From an uncultured Bacteroidales bacterium (GTDB taxonomy: Bacteria; Bacteroidota; Bacteroidia; Bacteroidales; UBA932), in contig CALVDO010000006.1 of the NCBI GenBank assembly GCA_944326355.1, forward strand, positions 16,163-80,162: a DNA stretch of 64,000 nt, written 5' to 3'. The notes under the pieces are model-generated. The model saw only the letters and a list, made by a program, of their open reading frames with translations, was not told where the DNA came from and made no database searches. A program made the translations under genes and the position numbers. How positions within the stretch are numbered: position 1 is the stretch's first letter; each line of letters starts with the position of its first letter. This document shows, one piece after another, positions 17,548-27,579 of the stretch.

Positions 17548-18686
17548 CAGCCTAAAACTTCGTAAATCTGCGACATCGCATTCGCCACATCAAATCCTCG
17601 GGAATATTCCAACGCCCTTTCGGAACACCTTTTCCGCAAGGTTTCATCGTCTATCATCTGCCTGACTTTCCGATAAATGTCTTCAACATCGTCTCCTGCA
17701 AGCAATCCGCCGCCAGACTGGCCGATAAGCTCCGTCGGGCCTGCAGTCGCCGTACTTACCGCAGGGACACCAAGACAGAACGCCTCGCATAAGGTCAATG
17801 AAAAGCCTTCTGCATCTGAAGTGCTCAAATAGATGTCTGAAGACCTCATTATGGCGTAAGGCGACTTTACAAACCCAAGAAACAGGAATGAGTCTTCAAT
17901 ATGAAGCTCTTTCGCCTTCCGTGTGAGTTCTGTCTGCAATTCTCCCTCGCCCAACACCCAGAAGTCAATATCATATCCATCTCTCTTCAATCTGACGGCT
18001 ACCTCCAATGCCCTGTCATACCGCTTTTGAGCATTCAGTCTTCCGACCATACAGACTGTGAATTTCCTTTTCTCGCGCTTCTGACCGCTCTCAGACAGCC
18101 TGACAATCTTTTCCCTGTCAATGGGATTGTATATTACGGCACATCTGTCAGCCAGTTCCGGATAGAGATCTTCGAACGCACTCCTGACATCTTCCGACAC
18201 GCAGACTATCCTGTTCATCAGATGATACGCTTTCTTCTCCTCCTCGGCATCCTTGAAAAAGTCCAGAGACCAGTGCTTCTTTTTGAGGTCGATGTGTACC
18301 CACGAAACATTCTTCTTCGCGTTTCCCGCCACATAAGAATGATATTTCAACGCATTTCCTTCCATAAAGGAGACAATCGCGTCAAACGACTTTCCTCTCA
18401 CTACGGAAGATATTGCCCGACGACAGAACAGCGAATGAAAAAGTCCATACAGACGGAACATCCGCAGGAGGCGGAAGAGGCGTTCATGACGCATGGCAAG
18501 GCGGCCCCACATGGAATGAACACTGACATTTTCCGGAATGCTGTCGACATACACGCCGTCACGAAATTCGAGAAACAGGGAGACGTCGTATCTCGAATAG
18601 TCGAAATTCCTCAGCACGTCGATCAGCACCTTTTCGGCGCCGCCGCCGGGAAGATATGGCATTATGAAAAGTATGCTCTTCTTCAT
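17547..18686 (-). CDS. glycosyltransferase family 4 (GT-B)
   Basis: 379 aa. ILFIMPYLPGGGAEKV at the N-terminus and YLSTSDAEGFSLTLCEAFCLGVPAVSTATAGPTELI near the C-terminus. Confidence 0.85.
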   Translation of the reverse strand: MKKSILFIMPYLPGGGAEKVLIDVLRNFDYSRYDVSLFLEFRDGVYVDSIPENVSVHSMWGRLAMRHERLFRLLRMFRLYGLFHSLFCRRAISSVVRGKSFDAIVSFMEGNALKYHSYVAGNAKKNVSWVHIDLKKKHWSLDFFKDAEEEKKAYHLMNRIVCVSEDVRSAFEDLYPELADRCAVIYNPIDREKIVRLSESGQKREKRKFTVCMVGRLNAQKRYDRALEVAVRLKRDGYDIDFWVLGEGELQTELTRKAKELHIEDSFLFLGFVKSPYAIMRSSDIYLSTSDAEGFSLTLCEAFCLGVPAVSTATAGPTELIGQSGGGLLAGDDVEDIYRKVRQMIDDETLRKRCSERALEYSRGFDVANAMSQIYEVLG

Positions 18687-19654
18687 CTTACCTTTGGAAG
18701 CAACTGATACTCAGGAGTTCTTATAAAACTGAGCCCTGAAGAAAGTCCGTCCTTGAAGGCCCTCGCCTTGTCCTTCTTTCCGAGCAGAAACATCATGCCA
18801 TATTTAATTGCCTGTACTCCATAAGTATATGCAAGCGCAACGATGCTCCATGCCTTCACAAGCGGATTCCTCTCAGGAAGGAAAATGAACCTGTGCCAGA
18901 ATATCAGCTTGTTCCTGTATTCCGAGTACACTATCCTTACGGTCTTTTCCTCCGAGTCGCTTACCGTCGAACTGGCGTCCATGTGGACTATGCCGGAATC
19001 GAACGAAGTCAGAATCTTCAGTCCGCACCTGAACATCTTATAGAACATCACCTGATCGTCAGGGAAAGCGTAATAAGCCTTGTCGAGCCACATCTCGTCC
19101 TCATAATGGATCTTCAGAAAGTCCTCTTTCCTACAGAAGAAACATGGGCCTCCGTTGGTCTGCGACTCATACACAGGCTTCACCGGGTGATTGTTGTACG
19201 AAAATCCTCCGTTGCGCATCACCTTGTAGCCCCATCTCCGGCCGAACGGACGACACACTTCCCGCCCGAGCAGGGTCAGACGCACCTTGTCTTTGAGCGG
19301 CACCGCATGGTTGGCGAACACTGAAGGCGAGATCACCTGCGCGTCATTCTCCGACAATTCCCTGTACAAGGTCTCAACAGCCTTCGGAGGGAGATAGACG
19401 TCATCGTCAAGGAAAAGGCAATACTCGGTCTTCACCTCGTCGTATCTCAAAGCCCTCTGAGCCACCATGCCTTTCTTGACATAGACATAGCGCTCTTTTC
19501 CGACAGTCTCCTGAGGCAGAGGATAAGACTCCGCGATGTAGACGACGATTTCAGCTGGCGTCAAGGTCTGCTCCAGCAGCGAGACAAGCATCTTGCGATA
19601 CATCTCACCGCCCTTGCCCAAAGTCCTTATGACAGCCGTATATTCCATCAGCAT
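18683..19654 (-). CDS. glycosyltransferase, GT-A fold (family 2-like)
   Basis: The start is placed at ATG 19654, where TGATG overlaps the upstream stop. MLMEYTAVIRTLGKGG...LEQTLTPAEIVVYI...YCLFLDDDVYL (DxD). Confidence 0.65.
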   Translation of the reverse strand: MLMEYTAVIRTLGKGGEMYRKMLVSLLEQTLTPAEIVVYIAESYPLPQETVGKERYVYVKKGMVAQRALRYDEVKTEYCLFLDDDVYLPPKAVETLYRELSENDAQVISPSVFANHAVPLKDKVRLTLLGREVCRPFGRRWGYKVMRNGGFSYNNHPVKPVYESQTNGGPCFFCRKEDFLKIHYEDEMWLDKAYYAFPDDQVMFYKMFRCGLKILTSFDSGIVHMDASSTVSDSEEKTVRIVYSEYRNKLIFWHRFIFLPERNPLVKAWSIVALAYTYGVQAIKYGMMFLLGKKDKARAFKDGLSSGLSFIRTPEYQLLPKVR

Positions 19655-20610
19655 CAGAGTCTGATCATCGACTTGCCGTTCACGACAAGGTTGACGCCAA
19701 GATAAAATCCGCCGTACAGACAGCCCAACAGGATCCTGTCCCGCCATCCCAAAGACATGTCCTTAATCTTCAGATTCTTCAGAAACGAGCGGCTGAACCA
19801 CTCTCCCAGAATCTTCTTCTTGTCTCCGGATGAATATCCGTCCGCCTTGTAGAGGCCACGTATAAGATGCACTGCGTCCTTGACATACTTGGCATACGGA
19901 ACATCCTGCCCTCCGGCAAAATCCCTGACACACTCCTGTATGCGCTCAAGATCATCAAAGCGTCTGACATTAAAGCCATGCGTCAGGGAGTGCATGTTGA
20001 ACACCTCATGACGGTATGGAGCAGCAGTTATAAACGATATCCGGTCGCAGCCTTTGAGGTAATTCAGCGAGAAAATGAGATCTTCGCCGAAGGACTGTCC
20101 CTCAGGATAGCATGAAAGAATCTTAGACTTTTTATATATCTTGTTCACCGACGTGCTCAACAGTTCCGTATTCAGCCAATAGGCAAAATCCCGTCTGAAA
20201 TCCTCAGCAGAGGCATAGTCCGCATTTTTCTGAGGCCTCCAGATGAATCCATGAGTCTGATTCAGACCGCAGATGACGCAGTCTGCGTCTTTCTCCCGCA
20301 TAGTGCCGAGCATGAGGTCACACGCATCCGGATCAAAATAATCATCGCTGTCCAGCATCATCACATGGCTGCCGCGCGCCACGGCAAGTCCGGCGTTCCG
20401 TGCTGCCGAGACCCCTCTGTTCTGCTGGCTTATCAGCACAATCCGTCCGTCCTTTTTCTGCCAATCTTCACATATCCGCAGACTGCCGTCTGTCGAACCG
20501 TCGTTGACGAGAATTATCTCTATATCGGGATAAGTCTGCGCCACTACGCTGCCGATGCAGCGATCGAGATAAGCCTCAGCGTTATATACCGGTATTATGA
20601 TTGAAACCAT
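19654..20610 (-). CDS. glycosyltransferase family 2
   Basis: VSIIIPVYNAEAYLDRCIGSVVAQTYPDIEIILVNDGSTDGS ... ARNAGL..A.GSHVMMLDSDD. Confidence 0.85.
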   Translation of the reverse strand: MVSIIIPVYNAEAYLDRCIGSVVAQTYPDIEIILVNDGSTDGSLRICEDWQKKDGRIVLISQQNRGVSAARNAGLAVARGSHVMMLDSDDYFDPDACDLMLGTMREKDADCVICGLNQTHGFIWRPQKNADYASAEDFRRDFAYWLNTELLSTSVNKIYKKSKILSCYPEGQSFGEDLIFSLNYLKGCDRISFITAAPYRHEVFNMHSLTHGFNVRRFDDLERIQECVRDFAGGQDVPYAKYVKDAVHLIRGLYKADGYSSGDKKKILGEWFSRSFLKNLKIKDMSLGWRDRILLGCLYGGFYLGVNLVVNGKSMIRL

Positions 20611-20626
20611 GATAAAAAGCCTGTCT

Positions 20627-21691
20627 TCACTTCACCGGTTCCACTGAAATGCGGAAAATTCTGAATGCCGCCTTGCGCAAGGGAACTGAAAGCCGCGCCA
20701 TAAGCATCTCCACAAAATATGCACACACAATTATCAGAACTATAGAAAGGATGACATTCAGCCATGTCGGCAAAACCGTCACTTTTGACGTGAAGTGCAG
20801 TATAAGACCATGAAACATATATACGGACATCGACAGTTTCCCGAGCATGAGCAGCCATCTGTTCGTCAGGAATTGCGACACATGTCCCTTTGCGAGAGAA
20901 AATATGGCCACTGCGCCTAAAATCACAGGATAACGGGGCATCATATAATCATTCAGCCTGATCAGCGGATGCCACATCATGAACAGGAACATCAGCCCGA
21001 GAAGCACTATTTCCGCCGCCGTATAGAGAGCAGGGGACAATCCCTTCTTTCCCTGTGTCCAAGTCTTTATCTCTCCCCAATACAATCCGAGAACCATTCC
21101 CGCCGAATAGTCCAGCAGTCTTGCCGCCGGATTTATATATGTGAGCCAGGTTCTTCCGATCGTGTCCGGCAGAATCAGGAGAAACACGACGAAACATGAC
21201 GTCAGAAGAGCGAGCAGGACTGCGAAAAGCCCTCTGTGCCTTCTGGCAAATCCCAGAAGAAGAGGGGTACACAAGTAGCAGACGAACAGACTTGACAAAA
21301 ACCATGAAGGAGTGTTCATCGAGAAAAATATCTGCCATTTGGGCACGAACGACTGTGTCAGAGTGAGGTGAAACGGAACTGCCCACATCGTGACAACGGA
21401 TATTCCGAACACAAGACACAGCAGGACAGTAAGCCACTGGAGCGGAAATATCTTTACGCATCTTTCAGCCATAAACCGCTTTGCCGAGCCGGAAATCCGG
21501 TCTTTCCAGGACAGTGTTATGCCGAAACCGCTCAGTACGAAGAAGAACAGCACGACTGTGTTGCCGAAACTGAAATCATAAGGTATTCCGTACATCGGAG
21601 CCAGATGATGCCAGACAATCAGCAAGGCAAAAATTCCACGCAGTCCGTCTGTCGGCCTCTTATTAATATTCTGCCCTAAAATACTTGACAT
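20627..21691 (-). CDS. acyltransferase family 3 (O-acetyltransferase), intact
   Basis: 354 aa. DGLRGIFALLIVWHHL followed by about 10 TM segments. Confidence 0.8.
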   Translation of the reverse strand: MSSILGQNINKRPTDGLRGIFALLIVWHHLAPMYGIPYDFSFGNTVVLFFFVLSGFGITLSWKDRISGSAKRFMAERCVKIFPLQWLTVLLCLVFGISVVTMWAVPFHLTLTQSFVPKWQIFFSMNTPSWFLSSLFVCYLCTPLLLGFARRHRGLFAVLLALLTSCFVVFLLILPDTIGRTWLTYINPAARLLDYSAGMVLGLYWGEIKTWTQGKKGLSPALYTAAEIVLLGLMFLFMMWHPLIRLNDYMMPRYPVILGAVAIFSLAKGHVSQFLTNRWLLMLGKLSMSVYMFHGLILHFTSKVTVLPTWLNVILSIVLIIVCAYFVEMLMARLSVPLRKAAFRIFRISVEPVK

Positions 21692-22679
21692 ACAAAGCTA
21701 ATAATCCTGTCGCACCTGCTTTCGCCAGAAAATCGAATATGTGCCTGCGTTCACCCTTATTCATGTTCTTTCTGTCGTCCCACAAATATTTCAGACATCC
21801 GTCTTTTACAAGAGGTTCTAAACCTTTCTTCACAAAAGACCAGGACTGCCCTCTCAAATACGACAGATATTTATTGACACGGCTCTCACAGAGCAGGCAG
21901 CGGAATTTCATCAGTGAGACTCCAAAGGTATTCTCAAGACTGTCCACGACAGAGCAGACCCGAGAAAGCAGATAATGGTGGTCTCTTTCCCAATCCGTCC
22001 CCTTCTTTACGGACAGGGCGTCGGGATTATCTCCTACCGTATGGTGGTACATCTCTGCTGAAATCAGACGCATCGTCCGCACATGAAGCAGATATTCAAA
22101 TGAGAACAGGGTGTCCTCACCGGAGGACAATGCCTCATCGAACCTCAGATGCCGAGTCTGTATAATCTCTCGCCTGAACAGTTTACAATACGGCACCACA
22201 AACGTTATCTTATCCAGATAAACAGGCAGAATCTCCTGAAAATCCTCTCTCTTCGTGCACATCCTGTCCGGCAGCCTCGAATCTTCCGCCCAGACACACG
22301 AAAACATCAGCAGATCCATGTCGTTGTGTGCGAAACGATCCTGAAGACAAATACTGAGCGTATCCGGCTCTATCCAGTCGTCAGCGTCAAGAAACATCAC
22401 CCAAAATCCTGATGCCTTGTCAAGTCCGGCATTTCTCGCCGAACTTACCCCGCCGTTCTGTTTGTGAAACACTTTCACTCTGTCGTCCGTCAAAGCATAA
22501 TCATCGCATATCCCGACAGAGCCGTCGGTACTCCCGTCATCAATCAGCAGCAGTTCGAAATTCTGATAAGTCTGCCGCAGTACACTTTCAATGCAGCGTG
22601 CAAGGACTCCTTCCGCATTATACACCGGAACGATGACAGAAACCATGTCTATGACACTATTTTCCATGTCAAGAGTCAT
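21663..22679 (-). CDS. glycosyltransferase family 2
   Basis: VSVIVPVYNAEGVLARCIESVLRQTYQNFELLLIDDGSTDGS ... ARNAGL..A.GFWVMFLDADDW. An alternative start at 22667 avoids overlap with the upstream gene. Confidence 0.85.
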   Translation of the reverse strand: MTLDMENSVIDMVSVIVPVYNAEGVLARCIESVLRQTYQNFELLLIDDGSTDGSVGICDDYALTDDRVKVFHKQNGGVSSARNAGLDKASGFWVMFLDADDWIEPDTLSICLQDRFAHNDMDLLMFSCVWAEDSRLPDRMCTKREDFQEILPVYLDKITFVVPYCKLFRREIIQTRHLRFDEALSSGEDTLFSFEYLLHVRTMRLISAEMYHHTVGDNPDALSVKKGTDWERDHHYLLSRVCSVVDSLENTFGVSLMKFRCLLCESRVNKYLSYLRGQSWSFVKKGLEPLVKDGCLKYLWDDRKNMNKGERRHIFDFLAKAGATGLLALYVKYFRAEY

Positions 22680-23616
22680 ATCTATTCAACTGGCTGCTGT
22701 CCAGCAACTTGTTAAAAAGAAACTTATTCAGCATCATCTTGGTTGTAAACGAGAAGCCGAAATGCCTCGACAGGATTCGAGAGACTTCACACATCATTCC
22801 TATGTGCTTCAGCATCCATCTCCTGCCGATGTTTCTCGCGAATTCCGACAAGATGAAGGTCGCCGCCTCATCACTTTTCTCTCTGTCATAAATGTCGAGC
22901 CTTATGTCAAACTCCATCTTCCTCTGCCTGTCCAGCGCTATCTTTGACCATACTCCGCCAGAGTGAATCCGATAGACCGCCATCACATCCGGAAGACAAT
23001 ATCCTTTACCCTGCTTCAGCAACTCATAGAACAGCACGACATCTATGGCGTACTTATAGGTGAACCGATCCAGATCTAACGCATCTCGTCTATAGACGAC
23101 TGTCAAAGGCTGAAAAAACCATTTGCCATGCACCAGTGTGTTCAAGTCATACTCCACGCCAGACTCAGGAAACTCAGCAATTTCAGAAAATGCATCTTCA
23201 GTCTGCATATACTCACGCCACCTGTGCGAACACATCACATAGCCCGGATGGCTCTCCAGAAAATCCACCTGCTTCTGAAGTTTGTACGGGTCCGTCCAGT
23301 AGTCGTCGCCCTCGCAGATGGCGACATACTTTCCATGAGTATTCGCATACATGACCCGTCTGAGCGAGCCATCCCGCTTGGAATACAGGTTCTCCTTCTC
23401 AAATATCGGCTTTATGATTTCCGGGTATTTCTCGGCATATTCCCGAATTATCGCCGCCGAGCCGTCAGTCGATGCGTCATCATGCACAATCGCCTCAAAC
23501 CTGAAATTGGTTTTCTGCATCACGAAGCCGTCCATACATTGCCTCAGAAACGACTCGTGATTATAAACCGTACATTGTATGGTAACCTTCAGACCGGAAT
23601 CTTCCATCTTCTTCAA
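22669..23616 (-). CDS. glycosyltransferase family 2
   Basis: VTIQCTVYNHESFLRQCMDGFVMQKTNFRFEAIVHDDASTDGS ... YVAICEGDDYW. Confidence 0.85.
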   Translation of the reverse strand: MKKMEDSGLKVTIQCTVYNHESFLRQCMDGFVMQKTNFRFEAIVHDDASTDGSAAIIREYAEKYPEIIKPIFEKENLYSKRDGSLRRVMYANTHGKYVAICEGDDYWTDPYKLQKQVDFLESHPGYVMCSHRWREYMQTEDAFSEIAEFPESGVEYDLNTLVHGKWFFQPLTVVYRRDALDLDRFTYKYAIDVVLFYELLKQGKGYCLPDVMAVYRIHSGGVWSKIALDRQRKMEFDIRLDIYDREKSDEAATFILSEFARNIGRRWMLKHIGMMCEVSRILSRHFGFSFTTKMMLNKFLFNKLLDSSQLNRYDS

Positions 23617-24386
23617 TCGTTTTGATATCTGGCCACTTTTGCGGGAACTCCAAGCACTACCGCATAATCCGGAACATCCTTAGTAACAACGGCTCCGGCA
23701 CCTACTCTGGCATATCTACCGATGCGGTTGCAAGAGGCAAGAATCACCGCCCCTACTCCAATGACAACACCCTCCTCTACAACAAGATCGGAAGGAAATA
23801 TCTCTGACCGTGACCGTCTGTAGTCGCTATGCTGAGCATGTGCATGTGTTTCTATAACAACACTATGCGTAAGCTGAACATTATCCTTGAGCACTACGCC
23901 ACCGGAATAGTCAATGAACACATGCTTCGCCAGCAGTACATTGTCTCCGATGCTTATTGTCCCCTCAAGATAATGCTGCCGACTTATGTTGACATCGTAT
24001 TCCACCATGAGGTTCTTGCCGGCATTGTAACGACGCTGATAAGCTCTCATCCTTTCGTCCCGCTTTCGACCGACTTCATATTTCACATCTCCGTATTTCA
24101 CCAGAAACTTTCTGTTCTCCATGAAGTCCTCATACCACAAGTCCCTCTTGATGCCGGCCTCTCTATATTTCTGTCCAAGTTCAAGTCTTCTTTCCTTCGG
24201 AAGAGAATGGAAATGTTCCTTCAGATACTGATTCGTCCACATCCTGTAAGTGCGCCAGCAATACAACATGTCCGCAAAGATACGCATACGGCTCAAAAGC
24301 CCTCTCTTTTCTGAAAGCGCAATCTCAGCTGAGTGAAGCCAGCCATAATGCAGCACTTGTCTCAACCGCCTGAAGTTCATTCTCAA
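23613..24386 (-). CDS. left-handed beta-helix (hexapeptide-repeat) acyl/acetyltransferase
   Basis: The C-terminal half carries hexapeptide repeats: ISIGDNVLLAKHVFI..SGGVVLKDNVQL...VVIGVGAVIL....IGRYARVGAGAVVTKDVPDYAVVLGVPAKV. Confidence 0.75.
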   Translation of the reverse strand: MRMNFRRLRQVLHYGWLHSAEIALSEKRGLLSRMRIFADMLYCWRTYRMWTNQYLKEHFHSLPKERRLELGQKYREAGIKRDLWYEDFMENRKFLVKYGDVKYEVGRKRDERMRAYQRRYNAGKNLMVEYDVNISRQHYLEGTISIGDNVLLAKHVFIDYSGGVVLKDNVQLTHSVVIETHAHAQHSDYRRSRSEIFPSDLVVEEGVVIGVGAVILASCNRIGRYARVGAGAVVTKDVPDYAVVLGVPAKVARYQND

Positions 24387-24407
24387 TCTAATACACGAAA
24401 GTAAAAC

Positions 24408-25319
24408 TTATAGGTAAATCCCCCCCCCAAGATGCAATTCGAAAAGAGAAATGACCATGTCTTCAATCGACATGCGCGGCGACCACGAAAAAGTCTCCAT
24501 GAACCTGCCGCTGTCCATACCAACTTCATAACTCAGATCCGACGGCACCTGTTCCAGTTTCACATCCAGTCCGTAACGCTCCGTCCCTACCTTCTTCACA
24601 ATTTCAGCAAGTTCCTGCACCGAATGCATCTTGCCCGTACCGAGATTGTAGACAGGAGCGAACTTCACTTCAGAAGCACTGTCAATCAGAGCTGTAAGGG
24701 CCTCAGCCGCATCACGGACATCAATAAACGAGCACTTCTGACTGCCGCCGAAGACCTTTATAGGAATCCCTGCAAGGGCATTCTTGACAAATATACTGAG
24801 GAATCTCGCATTTTCACACACGGAAGACAGACGTATGCTGGTATAATTCACATCTGACTTCTGATTAAGTGCAGCCTCAGTGATAACCTCCGATGCTGAC
24901 TTCGCCAACGCATACATAGACTCAGGCGTAACTGGAGAATCTTCATTCCAGAGAGGCGGATTCTTCATCCCGTATACACCTTGTGATGAAATGTTCACAA
25001 AAGAATGTATATGATAGTTCAGGACAAGTTCCAACACAGATTTCTGATACTCAAGTGAACTCATCAGAGATTTCCCGTCCTCACTTCGAGCAAAAGCAGT
25101 ATGAATCAAAGCATCAAACTCCAGATTCCTTTGTCCTGCAAAACTTGAGAAATCCTCAAGTGAGAAACACCTGACACGCCTCCTGTCTTCATATCTCGGC
25201 TCAAGTCTCTGCGGATCAGTCGACAGGAGATATAGCGAGATGTCCTCACATTTCAAAAGATTGAAGGCAAGTTCAGTGGCGACCATGCCGCCCGCACCTG
25301 TAATGATAATGTTCCTCAT
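24408..25319 (-). CDS. NAD-dependent epimerase/dehydratase (SDR extended family)
   Basis: MRNIIITGAGGMVATEL is a Rossmann GxxGxxG motif, and YALAKSASE is YxxxK. A G9 run encodes the GGG near the C-terminus. Confidence 0.8.
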   Translation of the reverse strand: MRNIIITGAGGMVATELAFNLLKCEDISLYLLSTDPQRLEPRYEDRRRVRCFSLEDFSSFAGQRNLEFDALIHTAFARSEDGKSLMSSLEYQKSVLELVLNYHIHSFVNISSQGVYGMKNPPLWNEDSPVTPESMYALAKSASEVITEAALNQKSDVNYTSIRLSSVCENARFLSIFVKNALAGIPIKVFGGSQKCSFIDVRDAAEALTALIDSASEVKFAPVYNLGTGKMHSVQELAEIVKKVGTERYGLDVKLEQVPSDLSYEVGMDSGRFMETFSWSPRMSIEDMVISLFELHLGGGIYL

Positions 25320-25331
25320 CTGATTCTATTC

Positions 25332-26579
25332 TCAATTTATGAGATCCGAGTAAGCATAATCCTTTATCAGCATATCCTTACCACATGCATCAATCACCTG
25401 AATCAGTTCCTTGACACGATCCATTTTCTCTATCAGACCACGCCTATTGTCCGCAGTCAGCAAGACTCTAACTGCAACCTGCGCCAAAGTCCCGACAACA
25501 TTTTCCCGAATCTCTGTGCCTACCGGATATGATGTGAACACATGCAGAACTCCATCGAGACTTCTGACATCATCCAATCCGCGGTATTCTTCGATAACGC
25601 CCGGAGTAAGAAGGAGAGTGACATTGGCGAGTGCTCCTTTCTGTGGATCTATCAGATTGAATGCAGCATCGTCAATCTCATTCCCGACCGCAAAGTTCAC
25701 CATAGTTTCCATCGGATTGAAACCTGTGGCATGAGCTATAAGATGATGCTCCAATGAGCCGGTCAATCTGTACCCCATCTCGTAAATCACATATTCACCG
25801 TCTTCAACAAAAGACTGTATGAAGGCCATACCTTCATTAATGCCAATCGACCTGAACATCTCTCTGAGCCTCCCATCTGTGCGACTTTCAAATTCAGGAA
25901 GAGAAGCCGAAGGGAACACATATCCTACAGGAAGCGGAAGCTTATTCTGATTGAATCTCAGCATGATGCGGTCGCCTACGCCCATGAGATATGCCTTTCC
26001 TTTGTGGAAGAAATAAAAAATCGTGGATTCTTTCCCGTTTACATATCTTTCAATGAGGACTCTTCCCGATGATGAATATGCCAAAGCCTGTGCATATCTC
26101 TCGACAAACTCCTCTTCATTTCGGCAAATGAACACTCCGCGTGCGCCGCTGTTGTCCACAGGCTTGACCAGCAGAGGATACCTGACGCTTCCGCTCATTA
26201 CTTCCTCGTACCCATATTCTTCTACTACCGATACCGAGTGATTTCTGCACAAAGACTTGAATCTGAATTTGTCCGTCGTGGCAGCTATCTGTTCCTCTGT
26301 CGCATAGCATGGAAGTCCCGCCTTTTCGCAGATTCTGACATAATAAGGAAGCAGCAGATCCACATATCCCGTCAGGATTCCATCCACCTTCTCGTCCTCA
26401 ATCAGCTTAACAACGGAATCAACATCCGTTGCACTTACCATGAAACTATTGTCCGCAAAAGGCTTGGCAGGAGAATCCGCAAGATAGTCCGTCACATCGA
26501 CATGAATACCCATGCGCCTTGCCTGCTCAATAATTTCTCTGGACAGCGCTATTCCTCCCAATATCAGCAGCTTCTTCAT
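25332..26579 (-). CDS. ATP-grasp domain ligase
   Basis: 415 aa. MKKLLILGG..., YPLLVKPVDNSGARGVFIC, EMGYRLTG. It is a paralogue of 27580..28800. Confidence 0.75.
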   Translation of the reverse strand: MKKLLILGGIALSREIIEQARRMGIHVDVTDYLADSPAKPFADNSFMVSATDVDSVVKLIEDEKVDGILTGYVDLLLPYYVRICEKAGLPCYATEEQIAATTDKFRFKSLCRNHSVSVVEEYGYEEVMSGSVRYPLLVKPVDNSGARGVFICRNEEEFVERYAQALAYSSSGRVLIERYVNGKESTIFYFFHKGKAYLMGVGDRIMLRFNQNKLPLPVGYVFPSASLPEFESRTDGRLREMFRSIGINEGMAFIQSFVEDGEYVIYEMGYRLTGSLEHHLIAHATGFNPMETMVNFAVGNEIDDAAFNLIDPQKGALANVTLLLTPGVIEEYRGLDDVRSLDGVLHVFTSYPVGTEIRENVVGTLAQVAVRVLLTADNRRGLIEKMDRVKELIQVIDACGKDMLIKDYAYSDLIN

Positions 26580-27553
26580 TTGCTTCGGATGATTTTCACC
26601 ATTCTTTCCATATCAGACTCGTCATATCGCTGATCCACCGGCAAAAAGATCATGTGTGACATGAGAGAGCCCTCGACCGAAGTGTCGTCGCACCAATTTT
26701 TAACATTGCTCCAATACGTAGGGACATATATTCTTTGCAAAATCAACGACTCATACACACTGTCCCGTCTTTCGGTATAATAAGGGTATATTAGCGGCAC
26801 ATCGTCCGATGCCAGTTCAAATGTCATCATTCCGGAAAGATTCGTCTGCAGAAACGAGAAATTGTCCCTGCGCCGCTCTTTTACCATCTCATAGTCAATA
26901 TTTTCCAGCAATCTTTCTGTCAGTTCAGACATTCTCATTACCGGGAGATTGTCAAGCATCTCCTCATCACTATGAAATGTAGAATATCCTTGCTCTGGAC
27001 CATCCTCTATTCTCTGCATCAGATGCTTCATTCTTGCCACAGACTTATCCTGCTGCAGTTCCAGTTCACACTCACAGTCAGTATACAGATAGCCTCCGTC
27101 CGGGACTCCGAAAAATTTTCTCGGAGAATAAAATGTGTCAACTCCATCAGGTCTCGGCGCATAAAACGCCTGTGAGTCATCTACAATCAGCTGATCTCCA
27201 TAAACTTGAACCAGATTTCTCACATAAGCCTGCTTGATGCCGAAATAATTTGTATACAGAAAGGCCTCTCCTTCTTTCAGTGCCGGAAGCGTTACCGGCT
27301 CAAGCCTTTCATTTATATGATAGAACTCATATTCGACGCCATGTCTATGGAGCGGCTGCAGCATTACTTCGCAAGTATAATACGGGATATAAACTTTCCT
27401 GTATTTCCGAGCCAGAAGGACATACTCAAAACAGTTGCGTGCAGTGTTAAGACGCATGGCACCTTCATGATAATGTCTTCCGCGCCTGAGTTCCAGCTCA
27501 AAATACCCGCCTATGGCTCTTCGTCCATGAGATGATTTTTCAGGGCAATTCAT
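26576..27553 (-). CDS. divergent DegT/DnrJ/EryC1-like (PLP-fold) protein
   Basis: 325 aa. GGYFELE, NTARNCFEYVLL, LIVDDSQAF and YSPRKFFGVPDGGYL line up loosely with DegT-family blocks, including a candidate Schiff-base Lys. The assignment is tentative. Confidence 0.45.
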   Translation of the reverse strand: MNCPEKSSHGRRAIGGYFELELRRGRHYHEGAMRLNTARNCFEYVLLARKYRKVYIPYYTCEVMLQPLHRHGVEYEFYHINERLEPVTLPALKEGEAFLYTNYFGIKQAYVRNLVQVYGDQLIVDDSQAFYAPRPDGVDTFYSPRKFFGVPDGGYLYTDCECELELQQDKSVARMKHLMQRIEDGPEQGYSTFHSDEEMLDNLPVMRMSELTERLLENIDYEMVKERRRDNFSFLQTNLSGMMTFELASDDVPLIYPYYTERRDSVYESLILQRIYVPTYWSNVKNWCDDTSVEGSLMSHMIFLPVDQRYDESDMERMVKIIRSK

Positions 27554-27579
27554 ATCTATCCATCATCTCATTAATATCG

